From assembly GCA_964016885.1 (NCBI GenBank), contig OZ024743.1, forward strand, positions 322,338,001-322,402,000: a stretch of DNA of 64,000 nt, written 5' to 3'. The stretch is from Eledone cirrhosa (taxonomy: Eukaryota). Of this stretch, positions 1 through 13,800 are shown one piece after another. The stretch's first letter is position 1. Every line of letters starts with the position of its first letter. The notes below the pieces were generated by a model. The model was given only the letters and a program-made list of their open reading frames with translations. It made no database searches and was not told the DNA's origin. A program made the translations under genes and the position numbers.

Positions 1-3000
1 ACCCACCTTGATCTGGGTCCTTAACTTGGAGCTACAGTAAAATACCCTTACCCACATTGATCTGCGTACGTAACTTGGAACTACAGTTAAACATATTACC
101 CACCTCGATCTGGGTCCATAAATTGGAGCTACAGTAAAAGACACTTACCCACATCGATCTGGGACCTTAACTTGGAGCTACAGTAAAAGAAACTTACCCA
201 CCTAGATCTGTGTCCTTAACTTCGAGCTACAATAAAAGAGACTTACCCATTTTGATCTGGCTACTTTACTTGGTACTAAAGTAAAACACACTTACCCACC
301 TCGATCTGGGTCCTAAACATGGAGCTACAGTAAAACACACTTACCCACCTCGATCTGGGTCCTTAACTTGGAGCTACAGTAAAACACACTTATCGACCTC
401 GATCTGGGTCCTTAACTTAGAGCTACAGTAAAAGACACTTACCTACCACGATCTGGGTCCTTAACTTGGAGCTACAGGAAAACACACTTACCCACATTGA
501 TCTGGGTCTTTAACTTGGAGCTACAGTAAAAGAAACTTACCCACCTCGATCTGGGTCCTTAAATTGGAGCTACAGTAAAAGACACTTACCCACTTCTATC
601 TGGATTCTTAACTTGGAGCTACCGTAAAAGACACTTAACCACCTTGATCTAGGTCCTTAACTTGGAGCTACAGTAAAAGACAACTACCCCCCTCGATCTT
701 GAACTTTAATTTGGAGCTACAGTAAAAGACACTTACCCACCTCGATCTGAGTTCTTAACTTGGAGCTACAGTAAAAGACACTTACCCACCTCGATCTGGG
801 TCCTTAACTTCGAGTTACAGTAAAACACCCTTACTCACATTGATCTGGGTACGTAACTTGGAACTACAGTAAAACATATTTCCCACCTCGATCTGGGTCC
901 TTAACCTGGAGGTACAATAAAACACACTTACCCACCTTGATCTTGGTCCTTAACATGGAGCTAGAGTAAAACACACTTACCCACCTCGATCTGGGTCCTT
1001 AACTTGGAGCTACAGTAAAAGACACTTAACCACCTTGATCTAGGTCCTTAACTTGGAGCTACAGTAAAAGACACTTAACCACCTTGATCTAGGTCCTTAA
1101 CTTGGAGCTTCAGTAAAAGACACTTACCCGCCTCGATCTGGGTCTTTAACTTGGAGCTACAGTAAAAGAAACTTACCCACCTCGATCTGGGTCCTTAACT
1201 TGGAGCTACGATAAAACGCATTTACCCACCTTGATCTGGGTCGTTAACTTGGAACTACAGTAAAACATATTACCCACCTTGAACTGGGTCCTTAAATTTG
1301 AGCTACATTAAAACACACTTACTCACCTCGATCTGGGTCCTTAACTTGGAGCTACAGTAAAAGACACTTACCAACTTCGATCTGGGTCCTTAACTTGGAG
1401 CTAGAGTAGAACACTTACCCACCTCGATCTGGGTCCTTAACTTAGAGGTACAATAAAACACACTTACCCACCTCGATCTGGGTCCTTAACATGGAGCTAC
1501 AGTAAAACACACTTACACACCTCGATCTGGGTCCTTAACTTGGAGCTAAAGTAAAACACACTTACCGACCTCGATCTGGGTCCTTAACTTAGAGCTACAG
1601 TAAAAGACACTTACCCACCACGATCTAGGTCCTTCACTTGGAGCTACAGGAAAACACACTTACCCACATCTATCTGGGCCCTTGATTGGAGCTACAGTAA
1701 AAGACACTTACCCACCTCTATCTGGGTCCTTAACTTGGAGCTACGATAAAATACACTTACCCACCTCTATCCGGGTCCTTAACTTGGAGCTACAGTAAAA
1801 GACACTTACCCAACTCGATCTGGGTCCTTAACTTGGAGCTACAGTAAAAGACACTTACCCACCTTGATCTGGGTCCTTAACTTGGAGCTAGAGTAAAAGA
1901 CACTTACCCACCTCTATCTGGGTCCTTAACTTGGAGCTACAGTAAAACACCCTTACCCACATTGATCTGGGTACGTAACTTGGAACTACAGTAAAACATA
2001 TTACCCACCTCGATCTGGGTCCTTAAATTGGAGCTACAGTAAAAGACACTTACACACCTCTATCTGGATTCTTTACTTGGAGCTACCGTAAAAGACACTT
2101 ACCCACCTTGATCTGGGTACTAAACTAGGAGCTACAGTAAAAGACACTTAACCACCTTGATCTAGGTCCTTAACTTGGAGCTACAGTAAAAGACAACTAC
2201 CCCCCTCGATCTTAGACTTTAACTTGGAGCTACAGTAAAAGACACTTACCCACAGCGATCAGGGTCCTTAACTTGGAGCTACAATAAAATGCACTCACCC
2301 ACTACTATCTGGGTCCATAACATGGAGCTACAGTAAAAGACACTTACCCACCTCGATCTGGGTCCTTAACTTGGAGCTACAGTAAAAGACACTTACCCAC
2401 CTTGATCTGGGTCCTTAACTTGGAGCTAGAGTAAAACACTTACCCACCTCGATCTGGGTCCTTAACTTGGAGCTAGACTAAAACACAATTACCCACATCG
2501 ATCTGGGTCCTTAACTTGGAGCTACAGTAAAAGACAGTTAACCCCCTCGATCTGGGTCATTAACTTGGAGCTACGACAAAACACACTTACCCACCTCGAT
2601 CTGGGTCGTTAACTTGGAACTACAGTAAAACGTATTACCCACCTCGAACTGGGTCCTTAACTTGGACCTACAGTAAAACACACTTACTCACCTCGATCTG
2701 GGTCCTTAACTTGGAGCTACAGTAAAAGACACTTACCCACGTACATCTGGGTCCTTAACTTGGAGCTACAGTAAAAGACACTTACCCACCTCGATGGGGT
2801 CCTTAACTTGGAGCTACAGGAAAACACACTTACCCACTTGATCTGGGTACATAACTTGGAACTACAGTAAAACATATTACCCACCTCGATCTGTGTCCTT
2901 AAATTGGAGCTACAGTAAAAGACACTTACCCACTTTGATCTGGGTCCTTAACTTGGAGCTACAGTAAAAGACAATTAACCACCTTGATCTAGGTCCTTAA

Positions 3001-6000
3001 CTTGGAGCTACAATAAAATGCACTTACCCACTACTATCTGGGTCCATAACTTGGAGCTACAGTAAAAGACACTTACCCACCTCGATCTGGGTCCTTAACT
3101 TGGAGCTACAGTAAAACACCCTTACCCACATTGATCTGGGTCCTTAACTTGGAGCTTCAGTAAAAGACACTTACCCGCCTCGATCTGGGTCTTTAACTTG
3201 GAGCTACAGTAAAAGACACTTACCCACCTCGATCTGGGTCCTTAACTTGGAACTACAGTAAAACATATTACCCACCTTGAACTGGGTCCTTAACTTGGAG
3301 CTACAGTAAAACACACTTACTCACCTCGATCTGGGTCATTAACTTGGAGCTACAGTAAAAGACACTTACCCACTTCGATCTGGGTCCTTAACTTGGAGCT
3401 AGAGTAAAACACTTACCCACCTCGATCTGGGTCCTTAACTTAGAGGTACAATAAAAAAAAACTTACCCACCTCGATCTGGGTCCTTAACATGGAGCTACA
3501 TTAAAACACACTTACACACCTCGATCTGGGTCCTTAACTTGGAGCTAAAGTAAAAGACACTTACCCACCACTATCTAGGTCCTTCACTTGGAGCTACAGG
3601 AAAACACCCTTACCCACATTGATCTGGGTACGTAACTTGGAACTACAGTAAAACATATTACACACCTCGATCTGGGTCCTTAAATTGGAGCTACAGTAAA
3701 ACACACTTACCCACAGCGATCAGGGTCCTTAACTTGGAGCTACAATAAAATGCACTTACCCACTACTATCTGGGTCCATAACTTGGAGCTACAGTAAAAG
3801 ACACTTACCCACCTCGATTTGGGTCCTTAACTTGGAGCTACAGTAAAAGACACTTACCACCTCGATCTGGGTCCTTAACTTGGAGCTACAGTAAAACACA
3901 CTTACCCACCTCAATCTGGGTCCTTAACTTGGAGCTACAGTAAATCATACTTACCCACCTTCATCTGGGTCCTTAACTTGGAGCTACAGTAAAACACACT
4001 TACCCACCTCTATCTGAGTCCTTAACTTGGAGCTACAGTAAAACACATTTACCCACATCTATCTGGGTCCTTATATTGGAACTACAGTAAAACACACTTA
4101 CCCACCTGATCTGGGACCTTAAATTGGAGCTACAGTAAAAGACATTTACCCACATCGATCTGGGTCATTAACTTGGAGCTACAATAAAACAAACTTACCC
4201 ACATCAATCTGGTTACTTAACTTGGAGCTACAGTAAAACACACTTACCCACCTCGATCTGGGTCCTTAACTTGGAGCTACAGTAAAAGACAGTTACCCAC
4301 CTGATCTGGGTCATTAACTTGGAGCTACGACAAAACACACTTACCCACCTCGATCCGGGTCGTTAACTTGGAACTACAGTAAAACATATTACCCACCTCG
4401 AACTGGGTCCTTAACATGGAGCTACAGTAAAACACACTTCCTCACCTCGATCTGGGTCCTTAACTTGGAGCTACAGTAAAAGACACTTACCCACCTTGAT
4501 CTGGCTCCTTAACTTGGAGCTCGAGTAAAACACTTACCCACCTTGATCTGGGTTCTTAACTTTGAGTTACAATAAAACACACTTACCCACCTCAATCTGG
4601 TTCCTTAACTTGGAGCTAGAGTAAAACACACTTACCCACCTGATCTGGGTCCTTAACTTGGAACTACAGTAAAACATATTACCCACATCGATCTGGGTCC
4701 TAAACTTGGAGCTACAGTAAAAGACACTTACCCACCTCGCTCTGGGTCCTTACTTGGAGCTACGATAAAACGCACTTACCCACAATGATCTGGGTCGTTA
4801 ACTTGGAGTTAAGGTAAAAGACACTTACCCACCTTGATCTGGGTCCTTAACTTGGAGCTACAGTAAAATACCCTTACCCACATTGATCTGCGTACGTAAC
4901 TTGGAACTACAGTTAAACATATTACCCACCTCGATCTGGGTCCATAAATTGGAGCTACAGTAAAAGACACTTACCCACATCGATCTGGGACCTTAACTTG
5001 GAGCTACAGTAAAAGTCACTTACCCACCTTGATCTGGGTCCTTAACTTAGAGGTACAATAAAACACACTTACCCACCTCGATCTGGGTCCTTAACATTGA
5101 GCTACAGTAAAACACACTTATCGACCTCGATATGGGTCCTTAACTTAGAGCTACAGTAAAAGACACTTACCCACATCTATCTGGGCCCTTGACTTGGAGC
5201 TACAGTAAAAGTAACTTAACCACCTTGATCTAGGTCCTTAACTTGGAGCTACAGTAAAAGACAACTACCCCTTTCGATCTTGGGCTTTAACTTGGAGCTA
5301 CAGTTAAACACACTTACCCACCTCGATCAGGACCCTTAACTTGGAGCTACAATAAAATGCACTTACCCACTATTATCTGTGTCCATAACATGGAGCTACA
5401 GTAAAAGACACTTACCCACCTCGATCTGGGTCCTTAACTTGGAGCTGCAGTAAAAGACACTTACCCACCTTGATCTGGGTCCTTAACTTGGAGCTAGAGT
5501 AAAACACTTACCCACCTTGATCTGGGTCCTTAAATTGGAGTTACAATAAAACACACTTACCCACCTCAATCTGGTTCCTTAACTTGGAGCTACAGTAAAA
5601 CACACTTATCCACCTCGATCTGGGTCCTTAACTTGGAGCTACAGTAAAAGACAGTTACCCACCTCGACCTGGGTTCTTAACTTGGAGCTACGATAAAACA
5701 CACTTACCCACCTTGATCTGGGTCGTTAACTTGGAACTACAGTAAAACATATTACCCATCTCGAACTGGGTCCTTAACTTTGAGCTACAGTAAAACACAC
5801 TTACTCACATCTATCTGGGTACTTAACTTGGAGCTACAGTAAAAGACACTTACCCTCCTCAATCTGGGTCCTTAACTTGGAGCTACAGTAAAAGACACTT
5901 ACCCACCTTGATCTGGGTCCTTAACTTGGAGCTACAGTAAAACACCCTGACCCACATTGATCTGGGTACGTAACTTGGAACTACAGTAAAACATATTACC

Positions 6001-9000
6001 CACCTTGATCTGGGTCCTTAAATTGGAGCTACAGTAAAAGACACTTACCCACCTCGATCTGGGACCTTAACTTGGAGCTACAGTAAAACACACTCCCCCA
6101 CCTCGATCTGGGTCCTTAACTTGGAGCTACAGTAAAAGACACTACCCACCTCGATCTGGGTCCTTAACTTGGAGCTACAGTAAAACATACTTACCCACCT
6201 CGATCTGGGTCCTTTACTTGGAGCTACTATAAAACACACTTACCCACCTCAATCAGGTTCCTTAACTTGGAGCTAAAGTAAAAGACACTTGCCCACCTCG
6301 ATCTGGGACCTTAACTTGGAGCTAGAGTAAAACACACTTACCCACCATGATCTGGGTCCTTATCTTGGAGCTACAGTAAAAGACACCAACCCACCTCGAT
6401 CTGGGTCCTTAACTTGGAGCTACAGTAAAAGACAACTACCCCCCTCGATCTTGGTCTTTAACTTGGAGCTACAGTAAACCACACTTACCCACCACGATCA
6501 GGGTCCTTAACTTGGAGCTAGAGTTAAACACACTTACCCAACTCGATCTGGGTCCTTAACTTGGAGCTACGATAAAACACACTTACCCACCTTGATCAGG
6601 CTCGTTAACTTGGAACTACAGTAAAACATATTACCCACCGCGTACTGGGTCCTTCACTTGGAGCTACAGTAAAACACACGTACTCAGCTCGATCTGGGTC
6701 CTTAACTTGGAGCTACACTAAAAGACACTTACCCACCGTGATTTGGGTCCTTAACTTGGAGCTACAGTAAAAGACACTTAGCCACCTCGATCTGGGTCCT
6801 TAACTTGGAGCTCGAGTAAACACTTACCCACCTTGATCTGGGTTCTTAACTTTGAGTTACAATAAAACACACTTACCCACCTCAATCTGGTTCCTTAACT
6901 TGGAGCTACAGTAAAAGACACTTACCCACCTCGATCTGCTTCCTTAACTTGGAGCTAGAGTAAAACACACTTACCCACCTGATCTGGGTCCTTAACTTGG
7001 AACTACAGTAAAACATATTACCCACCTCGATCTGGGTCCTAAACTTGGAGCTACAGTAAAAGACACTTACCCACCTTTATCCGGGTCCTTAACTTGGAGC
7101 TACAATAAAAGACACTTACCCACCTCGATCTGGTTCCTTAACTTGGAGCTACAATAAAAGACACTTACCCACATCGATCTGGGTCCTTTACTTGGTGCTA
7201 TAGTAAAACACACTTACCCACATAGATCTGGGTCCTTAACTTGGAGCTACAGTAAAAGACACTTACCCACCTCGATCTGGGTCCTTAACTTGGAGCTACA
7301 GTAAAAGACACTTACCCTCCTCGATCTGGGTCCTTAACTTGGAGCTACGATAAAACACACTTACCCACCTCGATCTGGGTCCTTAACTTGGAACTACAGT
7401 AAAACATATTACCCACCTCGATCTGGGTCCTAAACTTGGAGCTACAGTAAAAGACACTTACCCACATCGATCTGGGTCCTTAACTTGGAGCTACAGTAAA
7501 ATACCCTTACCCACAGATCTGCGTACGTAACTTGGAACTACAGTTAAACATATTACCCACCTCGATCTGGATCCATAAATTGGAGCTACAGTAAAAGACA
7601 CTTACCCACCTCGATCTGGGACCTTAACTTGGAGCTACAGTAAAAGACACTTACCCACCACGATCTGGGTCCTTAACTTAGAGGTACAATAAAACACACT
7701 TACCCACCTCGATCTGGGTCCTTAACATTGAGCTACAGTAAAACACACTTATCGACCTCGATATGGGTCCTTAACTTAGAGCTACAGTAAAAGACACTTA
7801 CCCACATCTATCTGGGTCCTTGACTTGAAGCTACAGTAAAAGACACTTACCCACCTTGATCTGGGTCCTTAACTTGGAGCTACAGTAAAAGTAACTTAAC
7901 CACCTTGATCTAGGTCCTTAACTTGGAGCTACAGTAAAAGACAACTACCCCTTTCGATCTTGGGCTTTAACTTGGAGCTACAGTTAAACACACTTACCCA
8001 CCTCGATCAGGACCCTTAACTTGGAGCTACAATAAAATGCACTTACCCACTATTATCTGGGTCCATAAAATGGAGCTACAGTAAAAGACACTTACCCACC
8101 TCGATCTGGGTCCTTAACTTGGAGCTACAGTAAAAGACACTTACCCACCTTGATCTGGGTCCTTAACTTGGAGCTAGAGTAAAACACTTACACACCTTGA
8201 TCTGGGTCCTTAAATTTGAGCTACAATAAAACACACTTACCCACCTCTATCTGGTTCCTTAACTTGGAGCTACAGTAAAACACACTTATCCACCTCGATC
8301 TGGGTCCTTAACTTGGAGATACAGTAAAGGACAGTTACCCACCTCGATCTGGGTCCTTAACTTGGAGCTACGATAAAACACACTTACCCACCTTGATCTG
8401 GGTCGTTAACTTGGAACTACAGTAAAACATATTACCCATCTCGAACTGGGTTCTTAACTTTGAGCTACAGTAAAACACACTTACTCACCTCTATCTGGGT
8501 CCTTAACTTGGAGCTACAGTAAAACACACTCCCCCAACTCGATCTGGGTCCTTAACTTGGAGCTACAGTAAAAGACACTACCCACATCGATCTGGGTCCT
8601 TAACTTGGAGCTACAGTAAAACATACTTACCCACCTCGATCTGGGTCCTTAACTTGGAGCTACTATAAAACACACTTACCCACCTCAATCAGGTTCCTTA
8701 ACTTGGAGCTAAAGTAAAAGACACTTACCCACATCGATCTGGGTCCTTAACTTGGAGCTCGAGTAAAACACTTACCCACCTGATCTGGGTTCTTAACTTT
8801 GAGTTACAATAAAACACACTTACCCACCTCAATCTGGTTCCTTAACTTGGAGCTACAGTAAAAGACACTTACCCACCTCGATTTGGTTCCTTAACTTGCA
8901 GCTAGAGTAAAACACACTTACCCACCTGATCTGGGTCCTTAACTTGGAACTACAGTAAAAAAAATTACCCACCTCGATCTGGGTCCTAAACTTGGAGCTA

Positions 9001-10800
9001 CAGTAAAAGACACTTACCCACCTTATCCGGGTCCTTAACTTGGAGCTACGATAAAAGACACTTACCCACCTCGATCTGGTTCCTTAACTTGGAGCTACAA
9101 TAAAAGACACTTACCCACCTCGATCTGGGTCCTTAACTTGGTGCTACAGTAAAATACCCTTACCCACCTCGATCTGGGCCCTTAACTTGGAGCTACGATA
9201 AAACACACTTACCCACCTCGATCTGGGTCCTTAACTTGGAACTACAGTAAAACATATTACCCACCTCGATCTGGGTCCTAAACTTGGAGCTACAGTAAAA
9301 GACACTTACCCACCTCGATCTGGGTCCTTAACTTGGAGCTACAGTAAAACACACTTATCCACCTCGATCTGGGACCTTAACTTGGAGCTACAGTAAAAGA
9401 GACTACCCACCTCGATCTGGGTCCTTAACTTGGAGCTACAGTAAGACATACTTACCCACCTCGATCTGGGTCCTTAACTTGGAGCTACTATAAAACACAC
9501 TTACCCACCTCAATCAGGTTCCTTAACTTGGAGCTAAAGTAAAAGACACTTGCCCACCTCGATCTGGGTCCTTAACTTGGAGCTAGAGTAAAACACACTT
9601 ACCCACCTCGATCTGGGTCCTTATCTTGGAGCTACAGTAAAAGACACCAACCCACCTCGATCTGGGTCCTTAACTTGGAGCTACAGTAAAAGACAACTAC
9701 CCCCCTCGATCTTGGTCTTTAACTTGGAGCTACAGTAAACCACACTTACCCACCTCGATCAGGGTCCTTAACTTGGAGCTAGAGTTAAACACACTTACCC
9801 AACTCGATCTGGGTCCTTAACTTGGAGCTACGATAAAACACACTTACACACCTTGATCAGGCTCGTTGACCTGGAACTACAGTAAAACATATTACCCACC
9901 GCGAACTGGGTCCTTCACTTGGAGCTACAGTAAAACACACTTACTCAGCTCGATCTGGGTCCTTAACTTCGAGCTACACTAAACGAAACTTACCCACCGT
10001 GATCTGGGTGCTTAACTTGGAGCTACAGTAAAAGACACTTACCCACATCGATCTGGGTCCTTAACTTGGAGCTCGAGTAAAACACTTACCTACCTTGATC
10101 TGGGTTCTTAACTTTGAGTCACAATAAAACACACTTACCCACCTCAATCTGGTTCCTTAACTTGGAGCTACAGTAAAAGACACTTACCCACCTCGATCTG
10201 GTTCCTTAACTTGGAGCTAGAGTAAAACACACTTACCCACCTGATCTGGGTCCTTAACTTCGAACTACAGTAAAACATATTACCCACCTCGATCTGGATC
10301 CTAAACTTGGAGCTACAGTAAAAGACACTTACCCACCTTATCCGGGTCCTTAACTTGGAGCTACGATAAAAGACACTTACCCACCTTGATCTGGGTCCTT
10401 AACTTGGAGCTACAGTAAAATACCCTTACCCACATTGATCTGCGTACGTAACTTGGAACTACATTTAAACATATTACCCACCTCGATCTGGGTCCATAAA
10501 TTGGAGCTACAGTAAAAGACACTTACCCACCTTGATCTGGGCCCTTAACTTGGAGCTACGATAAAACACACTTACCCACCTAGATCTGGGTCCTTAACTT
10601 GGAACTACAGTAAAACATATTACCCACCTCGATCTGGGTCCTAAACTTGGAGCTAGAGTAAAAGACACTTACCCACCTCGATCTGGGTCTTTAACTTGGA
10701 GCTACAGTAAAACACACTTATCCACCTCGATCTGGGACCTTAACTTGGAGCTACAGTAAAAGAGACTACCCACCTCGATCTGGGTCCTTAACTTGGAGCT
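1..10800. repeat. Satellite sub-domain 1: patchwork of ~1 kb re-used monomer blocks
   Basis: Marker gatctgCGTACGtaac at 65, 4891, 7522, 10443 (plus a duplicated copy at 16495). Block ~4830-5830 recurs at ~7470-8510 (offset 2631 at the marker). Block ~6100-7100 recurs at ~9370-10380 (agacaccaaccc at 6381 and 9642). Confidence 0.8.
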
Positions 10801-13800
10801 ACAGTAAAAGACACTTACCCACCTCGATCTGGGTCCTTAAATTAGAACTACAGTAAAAGATACTTACCCACCGTGATCTGGGTCCTTAACTTGAAACTAC
10901 AGTAAAACATATTACCCACCTCGATCTGGGTCCTTAACTAGGAGCTACAGTAAAAGACACTTACCCACCTCCATCTGGCTCCTTAACTTGGAGCTACAAT
11001 AAAAGACACTTACCCACCCCGATCTGGGTCCTTAACTTGGAGCTACAGTAAAATAAACTTACCCACCTTGATCTGGGTCCTTTACTTCGTGCTAATGTAA
11101 AACACACTTACCCACCTTGATCTGTGTCCTTAACTTGGAGCTTCAGTAAAAGACACTTACCTGCCTCGATCTTGGTCTTTAACTTGGAACTACAATAAAA
11201 GACACTTACCCACCTCGATCTGGATCCTTAACTTGGAACTACAGTAAAAGGCACTTACCCACCTTGATCTGCGTCCTTATCTTGGAGCTACAGTAAAAGA
11301 CACTTAGCCACCTCGATCTGGGTCCTTAAATTGGAGCTACAGTAAAACACCCTTACCCACATTGATCTGGGTACTTAACTTGAAGCTACAGTAAAAGACA
11401 CTTACCCACCTTGATCTGTGTCCTTAACTTGGAGCTGCAGTAAAAGACACTTACCCATCTCTATCTGGGTCCTTAACTTGGAGCTACAGTAAAAGACACT
11501 TACCCACCTCGATCTGGGTCCTTAAATTAGAATATACAGTAAAAGACACTTACCCACCTTGATCTGGGTCCTTAACTTGTAGCTACAGTAAAAGTCACAT
11601 AACCACCTCGATCTGGGTCCTTAACTTGGAGCTACAGTAAAACATACTTACCCACCTCGATCTGGGTCCTTAACTTGGAGCTACAGTAAAACACACTTAC
11701 CGACCTCGATCTGGGTCCTTAACTTAGAGCTACAGTAAAAAACACTTACCCACCTCGATCTGGGTCCTTAAGTTGGATCTACAGGAAAACACATTTACCC
11801 ACCTCTATCTGGGCCCTTAATTTGGAGCTACAGTAAAAGATACTTACCCTCCTCGATCTGGATCCTTAACTTGGAGCTACGATAAAACACACTTTCCCAC
11901 CTCGATCTGGGTCCTTAATTTGGAACTACAGTAAAACATATTACCCACCTCGATCTGGGTCCTAGACTTGGAGCTACAGTAAAAGACACTTACCCACCTC
12001 GATCTGGGTCCTTAAATTGGAGCTACAGTAAAAGACACTTACCCACCTCGATCTGGGTCCTTAACTTGGAGCTACAGTAAAAGACACTTACCCTCCTCGA
12101 TCTGGGTCCTTAAATTGGAGCTACGATAAAACACACTTACCCACCTCGATCTGGGTCCTTAACTTGGAACTACAGTAAAACATATTACCCACCTCGATCT
12201 GGGTCCTAAACTTGGAGCTACAGTAAAAGACACTTACCCACCTCGATCTGGGTCCTTAACTTGGAGCTACAGTAAAACACACTTATCCACCCCTCGATCT
12301 GGGACCTTAACTTGGAGCTACAGTAAAAGAGACTACCCACCTCGATCTGGGTCCTTAACTTGGAGCTACAGTAAAACATACTTACCCATCTCTATCTGGG
12401 TCCTTAACTTGGAGCTACAGTAAAAGACACTTACCCACCTCGATCTGGGTCCTTAAATTAGAACTACAGTAAAAGATAGTTACCCACCGTGATCTGGGTC
12501 CTTAACTTGAAACTACAGTAAAACATATTACCCACCTCGATCTGGGTCCTTAACTTGGAGCTACAGTAAAACATACTTACCCATCTCTATCTGGGTCCTT
12601 AACTTGGAGCTACAGTAAAAGACACTTACCTGCCTCGATCTGGGTCCTTAAATTAGAACTACAGTAAAAGATACTTACCCACCGTGATCTGGGTCCTTAA
12701 CTTGAAACTACAGTAAAACATATTACCCACCTCGATCTGGGTCCTTAACTAGGAGCTACAGTAAAAGACACTTACCCACCTCCATCTGGCTCCTTAACTT
12801 GGAGCTACAATAAAAGACACTTACCCACCCCGATCTGGGTCCTTAACTTGGAGCTACAGTAAAATAAACTTACCCACCTTGATCTGGGTCCTTTACTTCG
12901 TTATAATGTAAAACACACTTACCCACCTTGATCTGTGTCCTTAACTTGGAGCCACAGTAAAAGACACTTACCCTCCTCGATCTGGGTCCTTAACTTGGAG
13001 CTTCAGTAAAAGACACTTACCTGCCTCGATCTTGGTCTTTAACTTGGAACTACAATAAAAGACACTTACCCACCTCGATCTGTGTCCTTAAATTGGAGCT
13101 TCAGTAAAAGACACTTACCCACCTCGATCTGGGTCCTTAACTTGGAGCTATAGTAAAAGACACTTACCCACCTCGATCTGGATCCTTAACTTGGAACTAC
13201 AGTAAAAGACACTTACCCACCTTGATCTGTGTCCTTAACTTGGAGCTGCAGTAAAAGACACTTACCCATCTCTATCTGGGTCCTTAACTTGGAGCTACAG
13301 TAAAAGACACTTACCCACCTCGATCTGGGTCCTTAAATTAGAACTACAGTAAAAGACACTTACCCACCTTGATCTGGGTCCATAACTTGTAGCTACAGTA
13401 AAAGTCACATAACCACCTCGATCTGGGTCCTTAACTTGGAGCTACATTAAAACATACTTACCCACCTCGATCTGGGTCCTTAACTTGGAGATACAGTAAA
13501 ACACACTTACCGACCTCGATCTGGGTCCTTAACTTAGAGCTACAGTAAAAAACACTTACCCACCTCGATCTGGGTCCTTAAATTAGAACTACAGTAAAAG
13601 ACACTTACCCACCTTGATCTGGGTCCTTAACTTGTAGCTACAGTAAAAGTTACATAACCACCTCGATCTGGGTCCTTAACTTGGAGCTACAATAAAAGAC
13701 ACTTACCCACCCTGATCTGGGTCCTTTACTTGGTGCTACAGTAAAACACACTTACCCACCTCGATCTGGGTCCTTAACTTGGAGCTACAGTAAAAGACAG

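Noticed and set aside
2341-2350. Telomere-like repeat (CTTACCC / GGGTAAG)
   Set aside because: One motif per 49 bp, not tandem short repeats, and G-runs are too sparse for a convincing G-quadruplex array.
11155-11163. U1 snRNA genes or pseudogenes (ACTTACCTG and ATACTTACC matches to the U1 5' end)
   Set aside because: The match is at most 9 nt. No U1 body, stem-loops or Sm site follows.
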